From Escherichia phage NTEC3, in the sequence record NC_073318.1: 44,240 bases of DNA; one strand, given 5' to 3'. Shown here in pieces: positions 17,139-25,659 of this stretch. The position numbers and the translations under genes are program-made. Within the stretch, counting starts at the first letter, position 1. The number at the start of each line of letters is the position of its first letter. The notes below the pieces were generated by a model, which made no database searches, was not told where the DNA came from, and saw nothing but the letters and a program-made list of their open reading frames with translations.

Positions 17139-17167
17139 TTGATTTCCCATTATTCGCAATGTATACT
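17139..17167 (+). promoter_or_regulatory. candidate sigma70 promoter for replication module
   Basis: TTGATT-N17-TATACT about 30 nt upstream of the HTH gene start at 17200. Confidence 0.35.
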
Positions 17168-17199
17168 TGGTTTCGTTAACTGATAATGAGGGCTTTGGA

Positions 17200-17370
17200 A
17201 TGACACAGAATGAAGTAGCTGAGCGTATCGGGGTTACCCGTCGTACGCTGAATAACTGGTTAAAGAGTGGGAAGTTCCCGGATTGTTGTATTCGCATTAT
17301 GGGCCGCAGGCAGCCTGGTACGTTTGACCCGGAGAAAGTGGAAGCGTGGATTAAGGAGAACGTGAAATGA
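17200..17370 (+). CDS. HTH DNA-binding protein (AlpA/excisionase-like)
   Basis: ORF track starts at TTG 17167; likely ATG 17200 (MTQNEVAERIGVTRRTLNNW) after GAGGG; classic HTH. Confidence 0.55.
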   Translation: MTQNEVAERIGVTRRTLNNWLKSGKFPDCCIRIMGRRQPGTFDPEKVEAWIKENVK

Positions 17371-17600
17371 CAGAGTTTCAGTCACGCGTATTTACGGCAG
17401 TCGTTTCATTAACACGTAAAAAAGGGTCGTGCAGCGTTATCGACTTGCGCCGTAGTTATTTTAAGTACTATAGTTCCGCCATTATTGAAGGGTCGTTGAA
17501 GGTACTGGTTAAATCTGGTGTCGTGAAAAATGTTGGCGGGAAATATAGTGCTGTTGCCGAAGTTCGCGGAATGACCGCTACTTTAGAAGACCTGGAATAA
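17367..17600 (+). CDS. hypothetical protein with C-terminal LEDLE tail
   Basis: 77 aa; start overlaps previous stop (ATGA); C-terminus ATLEDLE resembles tails of two downstream replication proteins. Confidence 0.5.
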   Translation: MTEFQSRVFTAVVSLTRKKGSCSVIDLRRSYFKYYSSAIIEGSLKVLVKSGVVKNVGGKYSAVAEVRGMTATLEDLE

Positions 17601-17617
17601 AAGAAAGCCCCGACGCG

Positions 17618-19900
17618 GTGAACGCCGAGGCCAAATTACTTGCTGAAGGAATATACAACATGTCCGATGTAATTTTATCCTACTCGTGGTCCCGTCGCAA
17701 CGCGCGGGCAGAGAAAAAGGATATAAACGTCAGAACCACGCATGCGGCAACACTGGACGACCTGAAAGAGTTAATCCAGCCGCTCGATGCTGTTCGTGAC
17801 GGGATTAACCCTAAGACCGCGCCCGGCTATATCACAGCCGCGTGCGACTCTACGCACAGCACCGTAAAAGACCCGGAAACTGGGGACTTTAAGCAAGCAC
17901 GTAAAGGCTTCTTCTATCGCTGTGACGCGTCTGTAAGCAAATCGTCGCTCGCCTATCTGGACTTTGACAGTGCAACGCCGGAGGAGTATCAGGAAGCGGT
18001 GCGCCTGGTTAAGCGCAGCCGCCAGGCTATGTGCCTTTACACTACGGCATCCCATACTGATGAGGTCCCCCGCTTCCGCGTCGTCATGCCGCTAGGTCGC
18101 CCGGTCGAAGGTGGTGACATCATCCGCGTTCGTCATGGATTGCTGGAGCACTTCTTTAAAGGCATGGGCGCGGACCGCAGTGGTTTTACTCTGTCGCAGC
18201 CGATGTACCTGCCACCGGTCGGCTCTACCGTTATCTGGTCACGACGCAACGACCTGATTGACCCGGACGAGTTGCTGGAAGGTATCCCTGCCGTTGACGT
18301 TAGCAGCGCATCGGATTACCAGATACCTGAAGAACTGCGCACCGCGTTTACTGATGCGTTCGAGGCACTGGCGTTTGAGTACGGCGGCATCATGACGCCC
18401 CGCGGCCTTAAGATGCCAGCTACACCAGAACACGCAGAAAACTACAGCGACCCGACGCCTCGCCCGGACGACTTCCTGTTGTGTTTTCCGCGCGAGGGAT
18501 ATGAAGCGCCGAACGTAACCATGATTCACGACACCGACATTACGGCAACTGAAGGCATGTCTCCGAAAGAGGTGTGGAAGTATGCGTGCGACGCGACCGG
18601 GCTGCCGTTCAGTGAAGTGGCAGAGGCCATAGGTTGGGGTGCGCGTGAATCCGTTTCATGCAGCCTCGACGACCTGGAAGACGAGGATGACTCAGAGGAG
18701 TACGAGCTACCGGAACCTGTAAAGGCTGATTTCGTCGTAGAAGGGTATATGCCGTCGGATTGTATATGGGATATCGTCGGGGAGTCGGGCACATACAAAT
18801 CGTTCTATACTCTGGGGATGATGTACCTTAGCGCCGCCGGATACCGGTTCGCCGGGGCGGACACCCAGCGTTGCCATCACTTCTATATCGACGGTGAGGG
18901 GGGTGCTGCTACACGTACACGTATTGACGCACTCGCGGCTAAATACGGCGAGGAAGGTAAAGATTATGTACACGTCATCGATATGGGCGAAGTCGGCAAA
19001 CTGAAGAGCCTGATTAAGTTAATGCGCGAAACTGCCGGCGACGAGCCAATCGGCATGGTCGCGTTCGACACCCTAAACCAGACGCTGGCCCTGACGATTG
19101 ATAAGTTCGACGAGAACAGTTCATCAACGGCAATCGGCATGGGTAAAGTCATCGCCATCCTGAAAGAAGTGCGTGACGCGACTAAAGCCGCAGTAGGCGT
19201 TGTCCACCATACGCCGAAGGGTGGAAAGAAAGCACGCGGCAGTGGGGCGCTGTATGCGGGTGTTGACGTGGAACTGACAATCGAACGTGCAACCGACCGT
19301 CAAATAAACGTATACCACTCGAAATTTAAGCACGGTCCTCAACAGAAAACGGTTGGCATGGTGCTGGAGTCTGTGCAGTTCCGCGAAGCTCCGCCGCCGA
19401 AAGAGTACCGTGCGGTTGAGTTCCTGGGGGGCACAGAAGAATACGGCACAATCGTAAACCTGGACCTTCCTGAACCACACAAGGCGCTTGTGTTGATGCC
19501 GTGGGGTTTCGAGCCGTTCAAAACTGACGAGGAGAAAGAGCGGGAAGAAGGGTTGACGAAAGAAGGTAAGCAAAAAGTAAAGGAAGAAGTTAAACGCGGC
19601 AGGGATGAAGTAAGGAAGGAGTCAATACTTTCGGCACTGGAAGACCTGCAACAGTCAGATGACACAGGTCGCGGTTTTACTCAGCAGCAGATAGTGGCTC
19701 GTTCCGGTGACTTCTCTGTGACTAACACCCATCTTGATAAAATGTTGAAAGATGGAGAACTAATGCTTGGTTGCGATGCTAACGGCGAAGTAGTACCGAG
19801 AACATATCGTATACCCGAAAGAATAGGGGATAGATTAAGGCCGAAGACACTATACGAACCAAATGAGATGCTGGTGGTGACAGAGGAGGATTTGGAATAG
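17618..19900 (+). CDS. DNA primase / helicase (RepA/DnaB-like ATPase domain)
   Basis: 760 aa; Walker A-like GESGTYKS, Walker B MVAFDTLN, VVHHTPKGG block typical of RepA-like ATPases; C-terminal VTEEDLE. Confidence 0.7.
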   Translation: MNAEAKLLAEGIYNMSDVILSYSWSRRNARAEKKDINVRTTHAATLDDLKELIQPLDAVRDGINPKTAPGYITAACDSTHSTVKDPETGDFKQARKGFFYRCDASVSKSSLAYLDFDSATPEEYQEAVRLVKRSRQAMCLYTTASHTDEVPRFRVVMPLGRPVEGGDIIRVRHGLLEHFFKGMGADRSGFTLSQPMYLPPVGSTVIWSRRNDLIDPDELLEGIPAVDVSSASDYQIPEELRTAFTDAFEALAFEYGGIMTPRGLKMPATPEHAENYSDPTPRPDDFLLCFPREGYEAPNVTMIHDTDITATEGMSPKEVWKYACDATGLPFSEVAEAIGWGARESVSCSLDDLEDEDDSEEYELPEPVKADFVVEGYMPSDCIWDIVGESGTYKSFYTLGMMYLSAAGYRFAGADTQRCHHFYIDGEGGAATRTRIDALAAKYGEEGKDYVHVIDMGEVGKLKSLIKLMRETAGDEPIGMVAFDTLNQTLALTIDKFDENSSSTAIGMGKVIAILKEVRDATKAAVGVVHHTPKGGKKARGSGALYAGVDVELTIERATDRQINVYHSKFKHGPQQKTVGMVLESVQFREAPPPKEYRAVEFLGGTEEYGTIVNLDLPEPHKALVLMPWGFEPFKTDEEKEREEGLTKEGKQKVKEEVKRGRDEVRKESILSALEDLQQSDDTGRGFTQQQIVARSGDFSVTNTHLDKMLKDGELMLGCDANGEVVPRTYRIPERIGDRLRPKTLYEPNEMLVVTEEDLE

Positions 19901-19927
19901 GTAAAAAGAAAGGGGCTTTAAGCCCCT
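19900..19927 (-). terminator. terminator hairpin at 3' end of XRE gene
   Basis: AGGGGCT-TTA-AGCCCCT stem-loop; minus strand followed by TTCTTTTTAC. Confidence 0.45.
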
Positions 19928-20133
19928 TCACCTAACGCCAGCCACTTGGCGTCTACTTCCAGAACTTCCGCCAGTTTGAACAGCGTTGCCGGGCGGACGT
20001 CCTGAGTTACTCCAAGTGCCAGTTGGTTAATCGCGCCCTGGGAAACGCCGGTCAGGGCCGCCAAACGGCGCTGGGAGATGCCGAGTTCTTTGCGGCGTTG
20101 TTCTACACGGATGCCTAGTTCAGATGGTTGCAT
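19918..20133 (-). CDS. XRE-family (Cro/CI-type) HTH transcriptional regulator
   Basis: 71 aa; LGISQRRLAALTGVSQGAINQLALG is a canonical XRE HTH; RBS AAGGAG; divergent from plus-strand promoter. Confidence 0.75.
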   Translation of the reverse strand: MQPSELGIRVEQRRKELGISQRRLAALTGVSQGAINQLALGVTQDVRPATLFKLAEVLEVDAKWLALGEGA

Positions 20134-20154
20134 GTCAATTACTCCTTAGTCAGT

Positions 20155-20183
20155 TGATATGTGAATAGTACCATATTAATTAT
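20155..20183 (-). promoter_or_regulatory. candidate promoter for XRE repressor gene
   Basis: Minus-strand -10 TACTAT (plus coordinates 20155-20160) inside AATAGTACCATATT palindrome, 22 nt upstream of XRE start codon; -35 weak. Confidence 0.4.
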
Positions 20184-20197
20184 TTTAGAAAAGCCCA

Positions 20198-20226
20198 TTG
20201 ACATGTGAATAGTTCGCTATTATAGT
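20198..20226 (+). promoter_or_regulatory. class B sigma70 promoter, TTGACA-N17-TATAGT, operator in spacer
   Basis: -35 20198-20203, -10 20221-20226; spacer carries AATAGTTCGCTATT palindrome; drives gene at 20258. Confidence 0.6.
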
Positions 20227-20257
20227 TAGCCCATACCAAACGAGAGGAGAGAAACAA

Positions 20258-20758
20258 ATGTTAGAACAATTCTTAAAATTACTGGAACGTTTCGTAGTTG
20301 CACATGAACTGATTGCTGCGAACAGTGCGAAACAGTCAGCACAAGTTGCAGCGCCGTTAGAAGTAGAGACGGTAGTGTATACCAAAGAAGCGGTAGCTGA
20401 GTGCGAAAAAGAAGCAACAAAAGAAATCCCTGTTGAAGGTGAAGACATCGTTGACGCTAAACCAGCAGAAGAAGAGAAGCCGAAACGCAAGCCGCGTAAA
20501 GCTAAAGTAGAGGAGCCGACTCCAGAACCAGAAGAAGAGAAAGAAGAGGTCGATTACCAGTCTCTTCGTGACCAGATTCAGGCTATCGACGATGCGATTA
20601 ACGAAGGCCCAAGCGATGCCGCGTGCGACGATTCCGATGAACTGCTGGAGGAGTTCACCGGTAAGAAAATGAAGATTGCCGCGATTAAAGACGAAGACCT
20701 GGCTGAATACCTGAAACGCCTGACGGCAATCAAGAACAAGTATTTCGAAGAAGAATAA
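20258..20758 (+). CDS. acidic low-complexity protein, unknown function
   Basis: 166 aa, Glu/Lys-rich; RBS GAGAGGAGAG; 32 nt after class B promoter. Confidence 0.5.
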   Translation: MLEQFLKLLERFVVAHELIAANSAKQSAQVAAPLEVETVVYTKEAVAECEKEATKEIPVEGEDIVDAKPAEEEKPKRKPRKAKVEEPTPEPEEEKEEVDYQSLRDQIQAIDDAINEGPSDAACDDSDELLEEFTGKKMKIAAIKDEDLAEYLKRLTAIKNKYFEEE

Positions 20759-20801
20759 TTTATCTGGCGGCCTCCGGGCCGCTTTAACAGAGGGTCGTAA
20801 T

Positions 20802-21074
20802 ATGATTTACCAACTCTACCGAGGTATTGACCGACGGGATAACACAGAGGCGTTGTGGCTGTTGCGTGCGCCGTCCGGCGCGCACCAGATGGAAGAGATG
20901 GCCTACCTCGGCAAAGTACCGAAGCCGAAAGATATAGGCCGTCACCTGTCGCAGATTAAGCGCACGACATTCGTTAAAAGTGACTTTTATGTCTTCGAGT
21001 CGATGTATAGCTGGGCGATGCATTGTGACCACAAGACACGACATTTAATTGACCAGTGGGAGGTCAGGGTATGA
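20802..21074 (+). CDS. hypothetical protein
   Basis: 90 aa ORF with GAGGG RBS; overlaps next gene. Confidence 0.45.
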   Translation: MIYQLYRGIDRRDNTEALWLLRAPSGAHQMEEMAYLGKVPKPKDIGRHLSQIKRTTFVKSDFYVFESMYSWAMHCDHKTRHLIDQWEVRV

Positions 21075-22312
21075 TTTTAAAAGAACGCGGCGGCAATAAC
21101 GATGTGCACGCCCTGCTGTCGCCGTCAGGGGCTAAAAAGTGGCTAAGCTGCGCCGCATCGCTGGCCTGTGAGAAAGATATTCCCAACACGTCAGGTAAAG
21201 CCGCCGTTACAGGTACAGCGTGCCACACCATAGCGGAGGTCCATCTCAACGCCTATATCCGCGGAACTGCACTGCCGTTAGAGCGTGAAGTTGGCGCTTA
21301 CGTGCTGGACGAGGGTAAAGGCCAGATTAAGGCGCTAATCAGCCCGATGAAAGGTGCTGTACTGATTACGGCGGACATGATTGAGCAGGTGCGCAAGTAC
21401 ACCGACTACTGCAAAGCGATTATAGACGTAGCGACTTACGCCAAGCTGGAAATGCGTGTCAATCTTACTGAGGTATTGCATCCGGGGTATGAAGGCGTTG
21501 AGACGTTCGGAACCGCTGACCTCGTTGCTGTCCAGGAACTGGCAAACACCGACGAGCACATGCTCATTATCGGCGACATGAAAACCGGGCGGCATCGCGT
21601 CGAAGCGAAAGAAAACAAGCAGCTTATGCTTTACGCTCTCGGTGTTTATCGTCGACTCAAGAGACGTTATAACATAACAACCGTTCGTCTGGTCATCTTC
21701 CAGCCTTACGCTGGGGGCGCGACAGAGTGGGACATCTCGGTTGAAGGACTGGAACTGTTCGCTAAGTTCGCACAGAAACGCGCGCTGTTAGCGCTTGATG
21801 CGTATTTCCGTGGCAAGAAGAACCTGAAAGCGTCGGACTTCAAGCCATCGGTAGATGGTTGTCAGTGGTGCCGGTTCTCTGAACAATGCGCTGCGCGTAC
21901 AAAGACGGTTAATTCTGTACTGGCGGAAGAACTGGAAGACGACTTTGTGCTGGAACTGACGCCGGAGCAACTCGTAGCTGAGTATGAGAAGTTGCCGCTG
22001 TTGCGCCAGCACATCGACAAGGTTGAGAAAGCTATGGCGGCCGCGTTGCATTCAGGTAAGAAAGTTCCTGGTTACAAGTTGGTTGAAGGCCGCCCGGGTA
22101 ATCGTGCATGGAAAGACGCGGAGAAAGTAACAGAACTCTACGGCGACAAGCTGACTAAAGAAGTGCTCATGTCACCTACCGAAGCTGTTAAAGTCATACC
22201 GGAAGAAGAACTGAAAGACTTCATTACCCGTAAGCCAGGCGCACCATGTGTCGCAACGGCAGACGACAAACGTCCTGAGTGGAATCAGGTAACAGAGGAG
22301 GATTTGGAATGA
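21071..22312 (+). CDS. DUF2800-like PD-(D/E)xK (Cas4/RecB-like) nuclease
   Basis: ADLVAV ... IGDMKTG nuclease-like motifs and C-terminal Cys cluster CQWCRFSEQC; likely start ATG 21071 after GGGAGG; C-terminal VTEEDLE. Confidence 0.65.
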   Translation: MILKERGGNNDVHALLSPSGAKKWLSCAASLACEKDIPNTSGKAAVTGTACHTIAEVHLNAYIRGTALPLEREVGAYVLDEGKGQIKALISPMKGAVLITADMIEQVRKYTDYCKAIIDVATYAKLEMRVNLTEVLHPGYEGVETFGTADLVAVQELANTDEHMLIIGDMKTGRHRVEAKENKQLMLYALGVYRRLKRRYNITTVRLVIFQPYAGGATEWDISVEGLELFAKFAQKRALLALDAYFRGKKNLKASDFKPSVDGCQWCRFSEQCAARTKTVNSVLAEELEDDFVLELTPEQLVAEYEKLPLLRQHIDKVEKAMAAALHSGKKVPGYKLVEGRPGNRAWKDAEKVTELYGDKLTKEVLMSPTEAVKVIPEEELKDFITRKPGAPCVATADDKRPEWNQVTEEDLE

Positions 22313-22512
22313 TTCAAGTAAATGAAATGCCCACAGATAAAGATTTTGTGATGATATGGCGCTGGGGCGGTTATATCCATTCGGAATCGTTTACGTTCCT
22401 GAACGGCACGATGGTGCGATACAACCATGTGGAGGATGAATTCGAACCCGTTGATATGAATGATTTCGAGAACATAGTCCGTATTGCGAAATTTTATTTG
22501 ACACCTGAATAG
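22309..22512 (+). CDS. hypothetical protein
   Basis: Likely start ATG 22309 (MIQVNEM) after GAGGAGG; 67 aa. Confidence 0.45.
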   Translation: MIQVNEMPTDKDFVMIWRWGGYIHSESFTFLNGTMVRYNHVEDEFEPVDMNDFENIVRIAKFYLTPE

Positions 22513-22526
22513 TTAGCTATTATAGT
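22498..22526 (+). promoter_or_regulatory. class B promoter upstream of DUF2815-like gene
   Basis: TTGACA 22498-22503, 17 nt spacer with AATAGTTAGCTAT, TATAGT 22521-22526. Confidence 0.55.
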
Positions 22527-22585
22527 TCTAATCACTGACCGGGCAGCTTCCCGGAGTAAACGAAACTTAAAAGCGAGAAATTAAG

Positions 22586-23212
22586 ATGGGTATTAAACTG
22601 AATCTGCGTAAAGTAAACACTGCTTGGGTTAACGTATTTGAACGTGAAAAAGACCGTGAAAACGATGATGGCTCAATCACTAAAGGCCAGTACAGCGCGA
22701 CTATCATCCTGCCGTCTGACCATGCTCAAATCGATGCACTCTACGACACCGTTTACGCTGTAGTTGAAGAAGCGTTAGGCGCAGCCGCTGCCGAGAAATG
22801 GATGAAGTCCAACTACGGTGAAGGTAAGCACATGGATAAATGCGCGATTAAAGACATTGCCGAGCGCGACAATCCGTTTGAAGACTTCCCGGAAGGCTTC
22901 TACTTCAAAGCGAAGGCACAGAAACAGCCGCTGATTGTAACCTCTAAAAAAGGTGAGACTCAGGTAGAGCAGGACTTCAACGTAGACGGCGAACAGATTG
23001 AAGGTGAACAGGTTTACAGCGGATGCTTAGCTAACGTAAGCGTTGAAATCTGGTTCAGCCAGAAATACAAAGTCCTCGGCGTTAACCTGCTGGCGATTAA
23101 ATACGTTGGCGAAGGCAAAGCGTTCGGCGGTTCTAAAGTCGCTGCGAGCGTCAATGACCTGGAAGACGACGAAGAAGATGAAGCACCGCGCCGCGAACGT
23201 CGCCGCCGCTAA
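22586..23212 (+). CDS. DUF2815-like protein (ssDNA-binding candidate)
   Basis: 208 aa; sits between DUF2800-like nuclease and DNA polymerase as in the known DUF2800-DUF2815-PolA phage module; acidic/basic C-terminus. Confidence 0.55.
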   Translation: MGIKLNLRKVNTAWVNVFEREKDRENDDGSITKGQYSATIILPSDHAQIDALYDTVYAVVEEALGAAAAEKWMKSNYGEGKHMDKCAIKDIAERDNPFEDFPEGFYFKAKAQKQPLIVTSKKGETQVEQDFNVDGEQIEGEQVYSGCLANVSVEIWFSQKYKVLGVNLLAIKYVGEGKAFGGSKVAASVNDLEDDEEDEAPRRERRRR

Positions 23213-23231
23213 TATCTGAATCAATTTAACT

Positions 23232-23256
23232 AAGGCCCTTCATTGGGCCTTTTTAC
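23232..23256 (+). terminator. terminator / attenuator between DUF2815-like gene and DNA polymerase
   Basis: AAGGCCC-TTCATT-GGGCCTT hairpin followed by TTTTT, 16 nt before polymerase ATG. Confidence 0.45.
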
Positions 23257-23271
23257 TAGGGGTCAAAAATA

Positions 23272-25452
23272 ATGAGTTACCTGTTCTTAGACTTTGAAAC
23301 ATTCTCAGAAGCCGATTTGAAGAAAGTCGGTTCTTACGCTTACGCCGAACACCCGTCAACCGAAGTGCTTATCTGTACATATGCTTTTGACGACGAACCT
23401 GTGCGGGTATGGGATTGCACCGACGGCAGCGACATGCCGGGGGATTTACACCGCGCACTGCGCCGCCTTGTTAAGCCCAACAGCCGCATCAAGATGGTGT
23501 GGCACAACGGTGGACTTTTCGACCGCCTAATCATGAAACACTGCTGGGACTTTGATATTCCGGTAAGTAACACCATTGATACTATGATTTGGGCGTTCCG
23601 TCACGCGCTGCCGGGTTCTCTTGATGCGCTGTGCGAAGTGCTGGGCGTGTCTGCAGACAACGCGAAAGATAAACGCGGCAAGGCTCTGATTAAGCGTTTT
23701 TCTAAACCTACGCCGAAGAACTACAAAATCCGCCGCTACACCGCCGATACGCACCCGGACGAGTGGGCGCTGTTCATCAAGTACGCCGTTAGCGACATCA
23801 CTGCGATGCGTGAAGTCTTCCATAAGCTGCCGCGTTGGGGTAACTCCGAGTTCGAAGACCGTGTACTGGAACTGGACCAGTTGATTAACGACCGTGGGTT
23901 TAAGGTTGATGTGACGCTGGCGGAAGCCGCGATTGAAGCCGTGGAAAAACACAAGGCCAAGCTACAGGAAGAAGCACAGCGCAAATACGGCGGCTCGCTT
24001 ACTGGTAAAGACTTCCTGCCGATTCTGCGTGAACTGGCCCCCGCACACCGCATACACAACGCACAGAAGTCGACGCTGAATGACCTGCTGGCCGATGATG
24101 ATTTACCTGACGACGCCCGCACGATTATCGAAATGCGCCTCGGGGCCGCGTCAACAGCGTCCACGAAATATAACCCGCTGCTGTTAGGCCGCTCGTCGGA
24201 CGACCGACGCCGCGGTTGTATCCAGTACGGTGGGGCAAAGCGTACGTTACGGTTCGCGGGTAAAGGCTTCCAGCCACAGAACCTGGCGCGCGGGTACTAT
24301 CACGATGATGAACTGGATAAAGGTATTTCAGCGTTACTTAAGGGCCGCGCGCATCGCCGTTTCGATGTCGCTAAGCTAACGGCATCGACGGTGCGTAGCT
24401 GCATTATCCCGGAAGCCGGAAAAAAGTTTGTCGTCGCCGATTACTCTAACGTTGAAGGTCGGGGGCTTGCGTGGCTGGCAGGCGAAGAAACCGCGCTAGA
24501 TACGTTCCGCGCCGGGCTGGACATTTACTGTGTAACCGCGGGTAAGATGTTCGGCATGGAGCCGGATTACATTAAGAAGGAACGCAAAGACTTGCGCCAG
24601 ATTGGTAAAGCCTGCGAGCTTGGCCTCGGCTACGCTGGTGGTGTTGGCGCTTTCGTTCAGTTTGCTAAGAACCTCGGACTTGACCTTGTTGATATGTCAA
24701 AAACAATGGACGGTACTTTCCCGGACCACATCTGGGCGGCTACTGCACGCGGCTATGAATGGGCACGTATTCAGGAAGCCAAGCGACCGCCGCGACCCGG
24801 GGAGAAGGATGACCGACCATCGTATATTCTTGATAAGAAAGTGTGGCGTACCTGTGACGCTATCAAGCGTATGTGGCGAGAGTCACACCCTGAAACAGTA
24901 GCTTTCTGGCGAGATATTGAAGACGCAGCTATGGCCGCTATCCGCAATCCAGGTAAAGAGTTCACCGCGGGGCCTAGGGGGGTTAAGTTTTCGCGCAACG
25001 TAGAGACAGACAACAACGGCAACAAAGTCGCCGGCTGGTGGTTGCGCATGACGTTGCCGTCGGGTCGCGTTATGTCTTATCCGGGCGTCGGGTTAAGCGT
25101 GTCGAAAGAAACAGACGAAGATGGAAAAGTGTCTACTAACGTACGCATCAAGTACCAGGGGGAGAACCAGTTAACCCGTCAGTGGGGCTTCCAGTACACC
25201 TACTCTGGTAAACTCGTGGAAAACTGTACTCAGGCGCTGTGCCGTGATTTGCTGGCCAATGCACTGCTGAACGTTGAAGCAAACGGCTATCCTATTGTGC
25301 TTCACGTACACGACGAAATTATCTGCGAAACACCAGATACGCCAGAATACAATGTTGCAGAGCTTGAGCGGTTGATGTGCGAATTACCGGAGTGGGCGGA
25401 GGGGTTCCCTCTTGTAGCGGAAGGTGCGGAGATGAAGCGATATGCCAAGTAA
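23272..25452 (+). CDS. family A DNA polymerase with 3'-5' exonuclease domain
   Basis: 726 aa; N-terminal DFETFS exonuclease motif; C-terminal VHDEIICE polymerase motif C. Confidence 0.85.
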   Translation: MSYLFLDFETFSEADLKKVGSYAYAEHPSTEVLICTYAFDDEPVRVWDCTDGSDMPGDLHRALRRLVKPNSRIKMVWHNGGLFDRLIMKHCWDFDIPVSNTIDTMIWAFRHALPGSLDALCEVLGVSADNAKDKRGKALIKRFSKPTPKNYKIRRYTADTHPDEWALFIKYAVSDITAMREVFHKLPRWGNSEFEDRVLELDQLINDRGFKVDVTLAEAAIEAVEKHKAKLQEEAQRKYGGSLTGKDFLPILRELAPAHRIHNAQKSTLNDLLADDDLPDDARTIIEMRLGAASTASTKYNPLLLGRSSDDRRRGCIQYGGAKRTLRFAGKGFQPQNLARGYYHDDELDKGISALLKGRAHRRFDVAKLTASTVRSCIIPEAGKKFVVADYSNVEGRGLAWLAGEETALDTFRAGLDIYCVTAGKMFGMEPDYIKKERKDLRQIGKACELGLGYAGGVGAFVQFAKNLGLDLVDMSKTMDGTFPDHIWAATARGYEWARIQEAKRPPRPGEKDDRPSYILDKKVWRTCDAIKRMWRESHPETVAFWRDIEDAAMAAIRNPGKEFTAGPRGVKFSRNVETDNNGNKVAGWWLRMTLPSGRVMSYPGVGLSVSKETDEDGKVSTNVRIKYQGENQLTRQWGFQYTYSGKLVENCTQALCRDLLANALLNVEANGYPIVLHVHDEIICETPDTPEYNVAELERLMCELPEWAEGFPLVAEGAEMKRYAK

Positions 25453-25573
25453 ACTGATTATTGCGGTACTGGCGGGATTTGCCGCCGGTGTCTACTGTCA
25501 CGAGGGACAATACGGCATGATGGTTGCCATATTGGGCATGTTCATCGCAATTTATATGTGGGTGCTGGAATGA
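25442..25573 (+). CDS. micro-ORF, single-pass membrane peptide (43 aa)
   Basis: Hand-found; ATG overlaps polymerase stop; hydrophobic core IIAVLAGFAAGV / MMVAILGMFIAIYMWVL. Confidence 0.35.
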   Translation: MPSKLIIAVLAGFAAGVYCHEGQYGMMVAILGMFIAIYMWVLE

Positions 25574-25659
25574 AAATTTACTGGTTTTATGAAGAAGACT
25601 GCCGAATCTGCCCGCGCTGCGGGATTGAGCATACGAAACGTGAGGGGTGCGTATTATGA
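25570..25659 (+). CDS. micro-ORF, Cys-rich zinc-ribbon-like peptide (29 aa)
   Basis: ATGA overlap with previous ORF; CRICPRCG ... C pattern. Confidence 0.3.
   Translation: MKIYWFYEEDCRICPRCGIEHTKREGCVL

Noticed and set aside
17771-19665. Several minus-strand ORFs (60-150 aa) inside the primase-helicase gene
   Set aside because: Antisense to a long motif-bearing ORF; Arg/Cys/Ser-rich; no independent signals.
19918-20133. XRE repressor taken as evidence of a prophage or lysogeny module
   Set aside because: No integrase, excisionase, attachment-site repeats or partition genes in the window. A repressor alone is insufficient; recorded as a regulatory switch of uncertain role.
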